DNA of 64,000 nt from an uncultured Gammaproteobacteria bacterium. Its GTDB lineage: Bacteria > Pseudomonadota > Gammaproteobacteria > Natronospirales > JAJUFS01. Positions within the stretch are counted from its first letter, which is position 1. Every line of letters begins with the position of its first letter. Positions 20,004 through 29,459 of the stretch are shown piece by piece. The position numbers were made by a program, and so were the translations under genes. The stretch is taken from positions 9,646-73,645 of the forward strand of contig CAZRFE010000002.1 of assembly GCA_964599565.1 (NCBI GenBank), written 5' to 3'. Below the pieces are notes generated by a model. It was not told the origin of the DNA. It made no database searches and saw only the letters and a list, made by a program, of their open reading frames with translations.

Positions 20004-20684
20004 TCAGTGACGTCGCGAAGCGTGTGCCAGCGTACGCCCGGACCTGTCCTCGCCGCAGACCGTGCGCACCGTTGCTGAAAGATCGCGCAGCGCGACAACC
20101 CTTGGCGTGACGATGCCGCGATGCGCGGGCAGCGCAATGGCGTAGATGCCTTCCGCCGGGAAATCGAGCCGGTAATCCATGATGTAAGGCTGTGTGTAAC
20201 GCGTGCCGCGCACGCTGCCCGGCCGGTCGACGTAGACCAGCATGGTGCTTGCCGCGGTGCTGGCGCGAAGGCCGGTGCGGTAGTTGTCGCATGCCGGATT
20301 GTCGATCGCCGGTTCGTAGAAAGCGCCGATGCGTGCAATGCGCAATCCGCGCGGGGACGCAAGCTCGCCGGGGTTCGCGTCATCGCTTGCCGCGAGGCGC
20401 GCATGCCGCTCGACATCGGCCGACAGCGCATCCAGCGGTATGCGTACTTCGTCGCGTCCCGGCTTCGAGCGGAACAGTTCGACGTCGCTGGTCTTGCCGA
20501 GCAGCCGGCCGGGAATCGGCTTCAGGAACAGGCTTCCCTCCGGAACATGCACGCCGCGCTCGATGGTGATCACGAAATCGGATTGCGCGGGCAGGATACG
20601 TGCCTCCTGCCCGGTGCAGCCGCTCACCAGGTACGCGATGAAAAAAGGCACTGACGCTCGTGCAATGCTTGATGCCCTGCGCAT
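20004..20684 (-). CDS. Hypothetical lipoprotein
   Basis: MRRASSIARASVPFFIAYLVSGCTGQE contains a lipobox (LVSGC). No recognisable family. Confidence 0.6.
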   Translation of the reverse strand: MRRASSIARASVPFFIAYLVSGCTGQEARILPAQSDFVITIERGVHVPEGSLFLKPIPGRLLGKTSDVELFRSKPGRDEVRIPLDALSADVERHARLAASDDANPGELASPRGLRIARIGAFYEPAIDNPACDNYRTGLRASTAASTMLVYVDRPGSVRGTRYTQPYIMDYRLDFPAEGIYAIALPAHRGIVTPRVVALRDLSATVRTVCGEDRSGRTLAHASRRH

Positions 20685-20918
20685 GGTGCGCAGCGGGCGT
20701 GGCAGACGCATCGAATCCGGCTCCGTCGACAGGAAGAACTTGCCGGCGGCGCTGCGAGGGTGTCCAGGGAAGCGCGCAACGCCGCTGCAGCTTCACGCTA
20801 CGCGGATGCGGGATACGGGAAATACGCGCGACCGATGATCGGCCGCGGCAGGATGCGGGAGAAAAGCCGGCGGATTACAGGATCAACGGAGGAAACTGAG
20901 TGCTTCTGCTCAGCAGGT

Positions 20919-21689
20919 TCAGGCGTCGTCGCGCTCGCGTTCACGCTTCTGCGCTTCGACTTCCTGCCAGCCGCGCACGAACGTCCGGCTCATGACGATG
21001 CCGATCTCGTAGAGTGCGTACATCGGCAGCGCGAGCAGCGTCTGCGAGATGACATCCGGCGGGGTGAGGAACATGCCGATGACGAAACAACCGAGCAGCA
21101 CGTAGGCTCGCTTCTCGACGAGTGCCGTCGGTGTCGTGAAGCCGCTCCACACGAGCAGGACTGTCGCGATCGGCACTTCGAACGCGACGCCGAAGGCGAA
21201 GAACATGGTCAGCACGAAATCGAGGTATTCGCTGATGTCCGTCGCCATCAGCACGCCTTCGGGCACGACGGCAGTCATGAAGCTGAACACCATCGGCAGC
21301 ACGAACAGGAATGCGAACGCAACGCCTGCGTAGAAGAGCGCGATGCTGGTAACGAGCAGCGGCGCGAACAGCCGTTTCTCCTGCTTGTACAGTCCGGGCG
21401 CGATGAACGCCCATACCTGGAACAGAAGGTACGGCATGGCGATGAAGATCGCGATGACGAATGCAAGCTTGAACGGCGTCAGGAACGGTGTCGCGACGTT
21501 CGTCGCGATCATGCTTGCGCCTTCGGGGAGATAGTCGCGCAGCGGTCCCGCGATCAGCGAGAACAGCCGTCCTGCAAACGGCGCAAGCACCGCGAACACG
21601 ATGACGACCGCGACGACCGCACGCAGCAGGCGCGAGCGCAGTTCGTTGAGATGCGCAAGCAGGCTGTCGCGCCGCTCGACGCCGCTCAC
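20919..21689 (-). CDS. tatC: Twin-arginine translocase subunit TatC
   Basis: LLAHLNELRSRLL…FKLAFVIAIFIAMPYLLFQVWAFIAPGLYKQEKR gives full-length TatC similarity. Confidence 0.95.
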   Translation of the reverse strand: MSGVERRDSLLAHLNELRSRLLRAVVAVVIVFAVLAPFAGRLFSLIAGPLRDYLPEGASMIATNVATPFLTPFKLAFVIAIFIAMPYLLFQVWAFIAPGLYKQEKRLFAPLLVTSIALFYAGVAFAFLFVLPMVFSFMTAVVPEGVLMATDISEYLDFVLTMFFAFGVAFEVPIATVLLVWSGFTTPTALVEKRAYVLLGCFVIGMFLTPPDVISQTLLALPMYALYEIGIVMSRTFVRGWQEVEAQKRERERDDA

Positions 21690-21898
21690 TGGTCTTTCCC
21701 GTCGCGTTCTTCGCGCGCGGACTTTTCCTCGCGCTCGACTTCGCGTTCAAGTTCGCTGCGCACGGTGGCGAGCGTTGCCTTCGCGCGGCCGGCGAACCGG
21801 CCGAGCGTGCGCATGATGCCGGGCAGCCGCTCGGGGCCTGCAATGACGAGCGCGAGCACGGCGATGAGCACGAGCTCGCTGAAACCGACGTCGAACAC
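21686..21898 (-). CDS. tatB: Twin-arginine translocase subunit TatB (short, 70 aa)
   Basis: MFDVGFSELVLIAVLALVIAGPERLP is the TatB N-terminal signature. A charged amphipathic tail follows. The stop overlaps the tatC start. Confidence 0.8.
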   Translation of the reverse strand: MFDVGFSELVLIAVLALVIAGPERLPGIMRTLGRFAGRAKATLATVRSELEREVEREEKSAREERDGKDQ

Positions 21899-21901
21899 GG
21901 G

Positions 21902-22102
21902 TTACTTCTCGTCGTCCGCGTCACGCCGCTCGATGTTGCGGCGATGCTGCTCTTCCTCGCCGTCCTTCATCGAATCCTTGAAACCCTTCACCGCGCCGCC
22001 GAGATCGGAGCCGATGTTCTTCAGTTTCTTCGTGCCGAAGATCAGCACGACGATCACGAGAATGATGAGCAGCTGCCAGATGCTGATGCCGCCGAATCCC
22101 AT
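21902..22102 (-). CDS. tatA: Twin-arginine translocase subunit TatA
   Basis: The internal Met gives [42 protein letters not shown]. The long N-terminal extension in the ORF track is spurious. Confidence 0.9.
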   Translation of the reverse strand: MGFGGISIWQLLIILVIVVLIFGTKKLKNIGSDLGGAVKGFKDSMKDGEEEQHRRNIERRDADDEK

Positions 22103-22167
22103 GTTGTTTCTCCTGCCTGGTGTGTTGCCTGTCCGGACGGACAGGGCGATCGATGTTCGCGCGGATG

Positions 22168-22935
22168 TCACAGACGAATGTCGAATCCGCGCATGGCGAG
22201 ATATTCCTTCACGCCGCTGACGGTGTGCTCGCCGGAATGAAACACGCTCGCGACCATGACGCCGTCGGCGAGCCCCGCGCCGAGTACTGACGCGATGTCC
22301 TCCGGTTCGCCCGCACCGCCGGCGACGATCAACGGCACGGTGCTGATCGCGGCGGCCGTTTCCACGAGCAGGGTGTCGAAACCCTTGCGCGTGCCGTCGC
22401 GGTCGAGGCTTGTCAGCGCAATCTCGCCCACGCCGTAATCCGCCAGCCGTTCGATCCACGTGCGTGCGTCCATGCCGGTCGCTTTCCTGCCGCCGTGCGT
22501 GAGAACTTCCCACGTCGTTTCCGCGCCCTTCTTCCGCCGCACGTCCACGGCGCCGACGATGCATTCGCCGCCGAAACGGTCGACGGCGCGCGGCACGAGC
22601 TCGGGGTCGATCACCGCGGCGGTGTTCAGCATGACCTTGTCGGCGCCCGCGTTCAGCATGCGCCTTACGTCCTGGCAATTGCCAATGCCGCCACCGGCCG
22701 TCACCGGCACGAACACGCGCTCGGAAATGCGCGACAGCACGCCGGCGAGCACGTCGCCGCGATCGCCGCCGCCGGTGACGTCAAGCATGGCGAGTTCGTC
22801 CGCGCCCTGCTCCTCGAACGCGCGTGCAACGGCCACGGGGTCGGCGCGGTCCTCGACATCCTGCATGCGGATGCCCTTCACGACACGGCCCTTGACGATG
22901 TCGAAACAGGGAATGATGCGGCGGGCAACGCCCAT
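22168..22935 (-). CDS. hisF: Imidazole glycerol phosphate synthase cyclase subunit HisF
   Basis: [53 protein letters not shown] and ASVFH are all present, so the canonical HisF motifs including both catalytic Asp are intact. Confidence 0.9.
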   Translation of the reverse strand: MGVARRIIPCFDIVKGRVVKGIRMQDVEDRADPVAVARAFEEQGADELAMLDVTGGGDRGDVLAGVLSRISERVFVPVTAGGGIGNCQDVRRMLNAGADKVMLNTAAVIDPELVPRAVDRFGGECIVGAVDVRRKKGAETTWEVLTHGGRKATGMDARTWIERLADYGVGEIALTSLDRDGTRKGFDTLLVETAAAISTVPLIVAGGAGEPEDIASVLGAGLADGVMVASVFHSGEHTVSGVKEYLAMRGFDIRL

Positions 22936-22936
22936 G

Positions 22937-23638
22937 TCAGCGCGCGTCCTCGACAAGGCGCCGCGCCGCGGCCATATCCATGTCGCGCAAGGCGCTGTTG
23001 ACGATGACGCCTGCCACGGAAAGCGCGCACGCAGCTTCCAGCGCGGCGCGCGAATCGATGCGGCCGCCGACGAAGATGTCCACGCTGACGGCTTCCGCGA
23101 TCTCGCGCACCCGCGCCTCGTCCAGCGCGGCTGGCGCTCCTGCCCCGTCCACGTCCTGGTAGACCAGTCCATCCACGCCATCCGACTGGAAATGCCCGGC
23201 GAGATCGACGAGATCATGGTTGGAAAGCTTGGAATGCGCATCGCCGATCAGCCGGCCGTCGCGAACCTTCATGCCGACGAGGATGTGACCGGGAAACTCC
23301 AGGCACAGGTCCTTGAGCACGTGCGGGGCGCTGGCAGCGCGGTGTCCGAGCACAAGCCAGTGCGCACCGGCATCAAGATGCGCCTGCACGTGATCCTCCT
23401 CGCGCACGCCGCTCGCGACCTGCAGCGAAACGCCGTCCATGTGCCGCGCCAGGCGTTCGACCAGTGCAAGGCCCGCCGGCGCCTCGCTCGCAAGGCTGTC
23501 TTCATCCACGAGCTGCATGCGCGTGATGCCCGCCGCCGCGAGCCGCGCGGCGAGGTCTTCCGGCGTTTCACGGTGCGGCTGGCCATCGGGCCCGACGATC
23601 TGCCCTTGCTTCAGCGCAAGTTGAGGTATCAGCAGCAT
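22937..23638 (-). CDS. HisA-like (beta/alpha)8 protein, divergent, with catalytic Asp positions substituted
   Basis: It sits between hisH-like and hisF. The overall HisA/HisF-fold pattern is present (MLLIPQLALKQGQIV, LQVASGVR, WLVLGHRA, LVYQDVDGAG, FVGGRI, GVIVNSAL). Ala replaces the beta1 Asp and Lys replaces the beta5 Asp. Confidence 0.7.
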   Translation of the reverse strand: MLLIPQLALKQGQIVGPDGQPHRETPEDLAARLAAAGITRMQLVDEDSLASEAPAGLALVERLARHMDGVSLQVASGVREEDHVQAHLDAGAHWLVLGHRAASAPHVLKDLCLEFPGHILVGMKVRDGRLIGDAHSKLSNHDLVDLAGHFQSDGVDGLVYQDVDGAGAPAALDEARVREIAEAVSVDIFVGGRIDSRAALEAACALSVAGVIVNSALRDMDMAAARRLVEDAR

Positions 23639-23672
23639 CTTCCACTCCCCTTGAACGGTTTCGTCTTTCGCG

Positions 23673-24284
23673 TCATTCCGCAGGCTCGCCGTTCCCGTTG
23701 ATGAAATTCGCGAGGAACCGCAAGCCATTGTCATGGCTGACTTCCGGGTAGAACTGCACGCCGACGAAGCGCTCCCGCGCCAGCACGGCGGGAAATTTCT
23801 CGCCGTGCTCGGTCGTCGCCATGACGAGATCTCCCGCCGCCCGCGCACGGCGCCGGTGCGCGAAATAGAACCAGGCATCCTGTGGCACGCCGTCCCAGCA
23901 GGCGTGTCCGCTGCAGCAATGCACGCGGTTCCAGCCCATGTGCGGCAGGCGCACGTCCGCGCTGTCGCCGGCGTTCAGCGGCAGCGTCTCGAAATCCATG
24001 AGGCCAAGTCCCTGCCTGCCGAGCGCGTGCATGCCGACGCTGATGGCGAGCAGCGGTTTCTCGCGCATGAGTTCGGGAAGTAGATCGGCGATGCCGAGCC
24101 GGCGCAGTTCGTCCACGCAGTCGTTCAGCTTGCCGCCGCCCGGCAGCACGACGCAGTCGGCGCGGCGCAGGGCGTCGGGGTCGGAACAGCGAAAGACCGT
24201 CGCGCCACCGCCCGCCTTGAGCAGGGCTTTCTCCACGGCCTGCAGGTTGCCTAGGCCGTGATCGATGATGGCGACGCGGGACAT
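23673..24284 (-). CDS. HisH-like glutamine amidotransferase-fold protein with a non-canonical triad (Ser/Tyr/Glu)
   Basis: MSRVAIIDHGLGNLQAV, LPGGG, LPHMGWN and FYFAH are HisH-like. The elbow reads LLAISVGMH (Cys to Ser) and the C-terminus reads GVQFYPEVS (His to Tyr). Confidence 0.75.
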   Translation of the reverse strand: MSRVAIIDHGLGNLQAVEKALLKAGGGATVFRCSDPDALRRADCVVLPGGGKLNDCVDELRRLGIADLLPELMREKPLLAISVGMHALGRQGLGLMDFETLPLNAGDSADVRLPHMGWNRVHCCSGHACWDGVPQDAWFYFAHRRRARAAGDLVMATTEHGEKFPAVLARERFVGVQFYPEVSHDNGLRFLANFINGNGEPAE

Positions 24285-24406
24285 GATGAATTCCGATAGG
24301 GATGGTTCGGAGCGTGAAAGGAACCGGAGGTTGTGGCGCAGCAACGGTCAGTGACGGATGCGGCTAGTCTATTACGCCCCATCCGGAAGGCAAAGGTTTG
24401 GCGCAA

Positions 24407-24844
24407 TCACGATGCGAGCCAGAACGTGACGGGGCCGTCGTTGACGAGGCTGACCTGCATGTCCGCGCCGAAACGCCCGGTGGCGGTCCGCACGCCGCTG
24501 GCCGCCGCCGCGCCGCAGAGCAGTTCGAACAGCCGACGCCCCGCATCCGGCGACGCCGCCGGCGTGAAGCTTGCGCGCGTGCCCTTGCGCGTGTCGGCAG
24601 CGAGCGTGAACTGCGGCACCAGCAGCAGCTCGCCGCCGATGTCACGCACGCTCAGGTTCATGCGGCCGTCGCCGTCCGCGAACACGCGGTAGCCGAGGAG
24701 GCGTTCAAGCAGGCGTCGCGCATCGGCGTCGGTGTCGTCCTTCTGCACGCCGACGAGCACCAGCAGGCCGCGGCGGATGGTGGCAATGGTTTCATCGGCA
24801 ACGCGAACCTGCGCGGATTCCACCCGCTGCAGCAACCCGATCAT
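24407..24844 (-). CDS. dtd: D-aminoacyl-tRNA deacylase
   Basis: [15 protein letters not shown]…RGLLVLVGV…MNLSV…[24 protein letters not shown] is full-length Dtd, 145 aa. Confidence 0.9.
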   Translation of the reverse strand: MIGLLQRVESAQVRVADETIATIRRGLLVLVGVQKDDTDADARRLLERLLGYRVFADGDGRMNLSVRDIGGELLLVPQFTLAADTRKGTRASFTPAASPDAGRRLFELLCGAAAASGVRTATGRFGADMQVSLVNDGPVTFWLAS

Positions 24845-25788
24845 CCGAGCAATGCCTTCAGCCGGTCCACGGCGCGCAGCAGTGCCGCGGTGATGCCCGG
24901 CTCTGTCGCGGAATGGCCCGCATCCGCGACCCATTCGAACGCCGCCTCCGGCCAGGCAAGATGCAGCGCCCATGCCGCCTCCGGCGGGCACACCATGTCG
25001 TAGCGGCCCTGGATGATCGCGCCGGGCAGGTGGCGGATGCGGTGGATGTCACGCAGCAACTGGTCCGGCTCGAGGAAACAGCGGTTGATGAAGTAATGCA
25101 CTTCCAGGCGCGCGAGCGCGGCGGCCCGGTCGGGCTCGGAAAACCGGCGGATGGCGTCCTCGTCCGGCCGCAGGGTGGAGGCGCGCGTCTCCCAGATCGT
25201 CCAGGCGTGCGCGGCGCGGTTGCGCACCTCCGGGTCCGGATGATCCAGCATGGCCGCGTAGGCGTTGACCAGGTTCTCGCGCTCGGCCACCGGCACGGGC
25301 GCGAGGAAGTCGGGGTAATGCTCGGGATAGATCTGCGGCGCGCCGTGGTAATAGAACCAGTCGAACTCGGCTTCGCGCGCAAGGAAGATGCCGCGCAACA
25401 CCAGCGCCGTGACGCGCGCGGGGTGTTTCTCGGCATAGGCGAGCGACAGCGTCGAACCCCAGCTGCCGCCGAACAGCGCCCAGCGCTCGATGTCCAGCGT
25501 CTCGCGGATCGCTTCCATGTCATCGACAAGATGCCAGGTGGTGTTCGCGCCGGTTTCCGCAAAGGGCGTGGAGCGGCCGCAGCCGCGCTGGTCGAACAGC
25601 ACGATGCGCCAGAACGCCGGATCGAAGAAGCGCCGGCTGCGCGCATCGCTGCCCCCGCCCGGCCCGCCGTGCACGAACAGCACCGGAACGCCGTCGGGAT
25701 TGCCGCACTCCTCCACGTATATCGTGTGCCCCTCGCCAACCGGCAGCATGAAATGCCGGTACGGCTCGATCTCGGGATACAGCTGCAT
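24841..25788 (-). CDS. pip: Prolyl aminopeptidase (proline iminopeptidase, S33)
   Basis: LYPEIEPY…[11 protein letters not shown]…[11 protein letters not shown]…[13 protein letters not shown]…HYF are present. The internal Met start is at 25788. Confidence 0.9.
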   Translation of the reverse strand: MQLYPEIEPYRHFMLPVGEGHTIYVEECGNPDGVPVLFVHGGPGGGSDARSRRFFDPAFWRIVLFDQRGCGRSTPFAETGANTTWHLVDDMEAIRETLDIERWALFGGSWGSTLSLAYAEKHPARVTALVLRGIFLAREAEFDWFYYHGAPQIYPEHYPDFLAPVPVAERENLVNAYAAMLDHPDPEVRNRAAHAWTIWETRASTLRPDEDAIRRFSEPDRAAALARLEVHYFINRCFLEPDQLLRDIHRIRHLPGAIIQGRYDMVCPPEAAWALHLAWPEAAFEWVADAGHSATEPGITAALLRAVDRLKALLG

Positions 25789-26059
25789 CTGCTCGCCTCG
25801 AATTTTCGCCCGCCGCAGTGTAGCCCAGCGCGTCGCGAGCTTCAGCGTTCGCCAGGACGCAGGCTTCAGCAAATGCTTACACGCCGCCACGCGCCGCGCT
25901 GATAGGCGATCCCCTGCATGCGTGGGAAGCTGGCATCGCCTCGGGTTCGCAAGGTGGCGAACGTCAGGGATGAGCGAGGGACGGGACCGGGCCACGGACG
26001 AGCAGGACGCCGGTCCCATTGCACTACGCACTCAATCACCTCCAGCCATGAAGGCACTT

Positions 26060-26087
26060 GCCCCGGTTTTCACCGGGGCTATTTTTT
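26060..26087 (+). terminator. Strong rho-independent terminator with no upstream CDS (orphan; leader/attenuator or sRNA 3' end)
   Basis: The sequence is gccccggt-tttc-accggggc followed by tatttttt. It lies 50 nt upstream of the DUF3667 start codon. No T-run follows the hairpin on the minus strand. Confidence 0.6.
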
Positions 26088-26136
26088 GTCCATGCCGCAG
26101 GCAGGACGATGATAGTGTTTCGGGCGGGGGATCGAG

Positions 26137-26955
26137 ATGTCCGGACATGACTGCCTGAACTGCGGAACACGCCTGCACGGTCCCTGGTGCCATACCTGCG
26201 GACAGAAGCAGATCGCACCTGAAGACCGCACGCTGAAAGCGTTGCTCGGCGAACTTTTCAGCGCTCTCACCGATGTCGATGGCCGCGTGATTCGTTCCTT
26301 TCACTGGCTGCTGTTCCGCCCGGGCCGGCTCGCGCACGATTACCTTCACGGCATCCGCGCGCGTCATCTCTCGCCCGTCTCGCTGTTCCTTGCCGTCAAC
26401 GTGCTGTATTTCTTCGCGCCCAGCCTGTCGGACTTCAACCTGCCCCTGCACGACCACCTGCACGGGCATTTTCATTCCGCGTTCGCGAACATGCTCGTCG
26501 ACGCACGGCTCGCCGAACGCAACACCGACCTTGATACCTACGAGGACATCTTCCATGCAGAGGAAAACAACCTCGCGAAGCTGCTGATACTGTTTCACGT
26601 GCCCCTGCTGGCCGCGGGTCTTTGCCTGCTGCACTATCGCTGCCGCCGCCCCGCTGCGGATCATGTGCTGGTGGCATTCTGGTTCATGGCATTCGCGCTG
26701 CTGCACCTTCAACTCACGCCGCTGCTGCTGCTTGCCTGCGCCTGGCTCGTGCAGGCCACACGGTTTTCACAATGGCTGCTCAACATCGTGCTGCTCGCGC
26801 CGCTGCTTGCCTGGACTTTCTTCCTGCTCAAAGGCGCGTACGCCCAGGGCAACCGGCTGGCGGCCATCAAGACGCCGCTCGTCATCGGCGTCGCGCTGGG
26901 ATCGCATCTCGTTTACCGCGCTATCCTGTTTCTTGTCACTTTCGCGCGCACCTGA
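26137..26955 (+). CDS. DUF3667-like membrane protein with an N-terminal zinc-ribbon
   Basis: The N-terminus is CLNCGTRLHGPWCHTCG (CxxC…CxxC). A conserved LLFRPGRLAHDYLHGIRARHLSPVSLFL segment and several TM helices follow. Confidence 0.7.
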   Translation: MSGHDCLNCGTRLHGPWCHTCGQKQIAPEDRTLKALLGELFSALTDVDGRVIRSFHWLLFRPGRLAHDYLHGIRARHLSPVSLFLAVNVLYFFAPSLSDFNLPLHDHLHGHFHSAFANMLVDARLAERNTDLDTYEDIFHAEENNLAKLLILFHVPLLAAGLCLLHYRCRRPAADHVLVAFWFMAFALLHLQLTPLLLLACAWLVQATRFSQWLLNIVLLAPLLAWTFFLLKGAYAQGNRLAAIKTPLVIGVALGSHLVYRAILFLVTFART

Positions 26956-26980
26956 ACGCGCGCCCAACCGGAGAGACACG

Positions 26981-28081
26981 ATGAAACGCCGAGACTTCGT
27001 CAAGGCACTGGGCGCAGGCTCGCTGCTTGCAGGCGGGCTCGCCGCCTGCGGCAGGAAGCAGGATGCGGATGCCGGCAGCGCCGCTCGCAGCAACGAGACC
27101 TTCACCTGGCGCATGGTCACCACCTGGCCGGAAAACTTTCCGGGACTCGGCACGGGTGCTGCGCGCCTCGCGGATGCGATCACCGCGATGTCCGGCGGGC
27201 GTATCCAGGTGAAGGTCTACGCCGCCGGCGAACTCGTGCCTGCACTTGAAGCATTCGACGCGGTATCGCAGGGCACGGTCGAGCTCGGTCACGGCGCCGC
27301 GTATTACTGGAAAGGCAAGGCGCCTGCCGCGCAGTTCTTTGCCGCTGTTCCCTTCGGCATGAACGCGCAGGAAATGAATGCCTGGCTGTATTACGGCGGC
27401 GGCATCGATCTGTGGAAGAAAGTCTACGAGCCGTTCGGCATCCTTCCCGCACCGGCCGGCAACACCGGCGTGCAGATGGGCGGCTGGTTCAACAAGGAAA
27501 TCGCGAGCGTCGCCGATCTTGCGGGACTGCGCATGCGCATTCCGGGACTCGGCGGCGAAGTGCTTGAGCGCGCCGGCGGCGTGCCGGTGACGCTGCCCGG
27601 CGGCGAGATATTCACCTCGCTCAAGACCGGCGTGATCGATGCCACCGAGTGGGTTGGTCCGTGGAACGATCTCGCCTTCGGCCTGCACCAGGCGGCGAAA
27701 TACTATTACTACCCCGGCTGGCATGAAGCGGGCTCCACGCTCGAATGCCTGATCAACAGGACGGCGTTCGAGAAGCTTCCCGACGACCTGCGCGCGATCG
27801 TGCTGCGCGCGTGCGAAGCCATCAACCTCGACATGCTCTCGGAATTCACCGCGAAGAATCCCGGCGCGCTCGATGCGCTCAGGAACGAACATGGCGTCGA
27901 CGTGCGGCCGTTTCCCGCCGAAGTCATGCAGCGGCTGAAATCGATCTCGCGCGACGTGCTCGCGGAACTTGCAGCATCCGATCCGCTTGCGAAGGAAGTG
28001 CACGATTCCTATTTCGCGTTCTTCGCGAAGGTGCGCGCGTGGCACGAGGTTTCGGAGCGCGCTTACTTCGAGATGCGATAA
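26981..28081 (+). CDS. TRAP transporter substrate-binding protein (DctP family), Tat signal
   Basis: The ATG at 26981 follows GGAGAGA. MKRRDFVKALGAGSLLAGGLAAC contains a twin-arginine motif. The body is DctP-like (WRMVTTWPENFPGLGTGA…). Confidence 0.85.
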   Translation: MKRRDFVKALGAGSLLAGGLAACGRKQDADAGSAARSNETFTWRMVTTWPENFPGLGTGAARLADAITAMSGGRIQVKVYAAGELVPALEAFDAVSQGTVELGHGAAYYWKGKAPAAQFFAAVPFGMNAQEMNAWLYYGGGIDLWKKVYEPFGILPAPAGNTGVQMGGWFNKEIASVADLAGLRMRIPGLGGEVLERAGGVPVTLPGGEIFTSLKTGVIDATEWVGPWNDLAFGLHQAAKYYYYPGWHEAGSTLECLINRTAFEKLPDDLRAIVLRACEAINLDMLSEFTAKNPGALDALRNEHGVDVRPFPAEVMQRLKSISRDVLAELAASDPLAKEVHDSYFAFFAKVRAWHEVSERAYFEMR

Positions 28082-28097
28082 CGCAGCCGCGTGACAG

Positions 28098-29459
28098 TTA
28101 CAGCGCGCCGGGCAGCCATGTGGCAAGCGCCGGCCACAGCGCGACGATCGCGAGTACCAGCAACTGGATGGCGACGAACGGCACCACGCCGCGATAGATG
28201 ACGCCGGTGGTGACTTCCGCGGGTGCTACGCCACGCAGGTAGAAGAGCGAAAAGCCGAACGGCGGCGTGAGAAACGATGTCTGCAGGTTGAGCGCGACGA
28301 GCACGCCGAGCCAGACCGGATCGACGCCCATCGCAAGCAACGCCGGACCGACAATCGGCACGACGACAAACGTGATCTCGATGAAGTCGAGCACGAAGCC
28401 GAGCAGGAACATCACCAGCATGACGACGATGAGCGCGCCGGTGACGCCGCCGGGCAGATCCGACAGCAGCGCGCGCACGGCATCGTCTCCACCGAAGCCG
28501 CGGAACACGAGCGAGAATATCGACGCGCCGATCAGCACGAGGAACACCATGCTCGTGATGCGCATGGTGCTGCGCATGACCTCGTGCAGCATGTCCACGC
28601 TGAACTGGCGGTACGCAAGCGCGAGCAGCAGCGCGCCGACGGCGCCCACCGCCGCGGCTTCCGTCGGCGTTGCAACGCCGGCGATGATCGAGCCGAGCAC
28701 CGCGACGATCAGCAGCAGCGGCGGCAGCAGCGCCTTCACGATCTGCCTTCCGAGCGGCCGCGCTTCGCCGTCCGCCATCGCCGGCATGCGCTGCGGCGAC
28801 AGCACCGCGACTGCGCCGAGGTACACCGCGAACAACGCGACCAGCAACAGGCCGGGCAGCAGCGCGCCGAGGAAAAGATCGCCGACGGAAACCGTCTCCA
28901 CCGAAAAGCTTCCCTCAAGGCGCTGCGATTCCTGGTACGCCGTCGAGATCACATCGCCGAGCAGCACGAGAACGATGGACGGCGGAATGATCTGCCCGAG
29001 CGTGCCGGCCGCCGCGATGGTGCCCGCCGACAGCGCGGGATCGTAACCGCGCCGAAGCATCACGGGCAGCGAAAGCAGACCCATCGTCACGACCGTCGCA
29101 CCGACGATTCCCGTGCTTGCGGCAAGCAGCGCACCGACCATCAGCACCGACAGGCCGAGCCCGCCGCGCAGCCAGCCGAACAGCCGCGCCATGGTGTCGA
29201 GCAGTTCCTCTGCGATGCGCGAGCGTTCCAGCACCACGCCCATGAACACGAACAGCGGCACGGCGACAAGCGTTTCGTTCGTCATGATGCCGAAGACGCG
29301 GTTCGCAACCGTATCAAGCAGGAAGAGATCGAATCCGCCCGCCATCCAGCCGATGCCCGCGAAGATCAGCGCGACGCCGGCGAGCGTGAACGCAACCGGG
29401 TAACCGGCGAGCAGCAGCACGATGACAGCGCCGAACATCGCAAAGGCAAGCCACGTCAT
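28098..29459 (-). CDS. TRAP transporter large permease (DctM)
   Basis: 453-aa polytopic protein with full-length DctM-like sequence. It overlaps dctQ by 4 nt. Confidence 0.9.
   Translation of the reverse strand: MTWLAFAMFGAVIVLLLAGYPVAFTLAGVALIFAGIGWMAGGFDLFLLDTVANRVFGIMTNETLVAVPLFVFMGVVLERSRIAEELLDTMARLFGWLRGGLGLSVLMVGALLAASTGIVGATVVTMGLLSLPVMLRRGYDPALSAGTIAAAGTLGQIIPPSIVLVLLGDVISTAYQESQRLEGSFSVETVSVGDLFLGALLPGLLLVALFAVYLGAVAVLSPQRMPAMADGEARPLGRQIVKALLPPLLLIVAVLGSIIAGVATPTEAAAVGAVGALLLALAYRQFSVDMLHEVMRSTMRITSMVFLVLIGASIFSLVFRGFGGDDAVRALLSDLPGGVTGALIVVMLVMFLLGFVLDFIEITFVVVPIVGPALLAMGVDPVWLGVLVALNLQTSFLTPPFGFSLFYLRGVAPAEVTTGVIYRGVVPFVAIQLLVLAIVALWPALATWLPGAL

Noticed and set aside
21902-22678. 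A 258-aa ORF containing tatA at its C-terminus, and similar N-terminally extended ORFs for hisF, hisA-like, dtd, pip, nfi and others.
   Set aside because: The extensions are Arg-rich, overlap the upstream genes and lack homology. The internal Met starts give canonical N-termini.
25918-26112. A 64-aa ORF (+) inside the pip/DUF3667 intergenic region.
   Set aside because: It is Arg/Gly-rich, has no RBS, and reads straight through a strong intrinsic terminator hairpin. It is more likely non-coding structured RNA or DNA.
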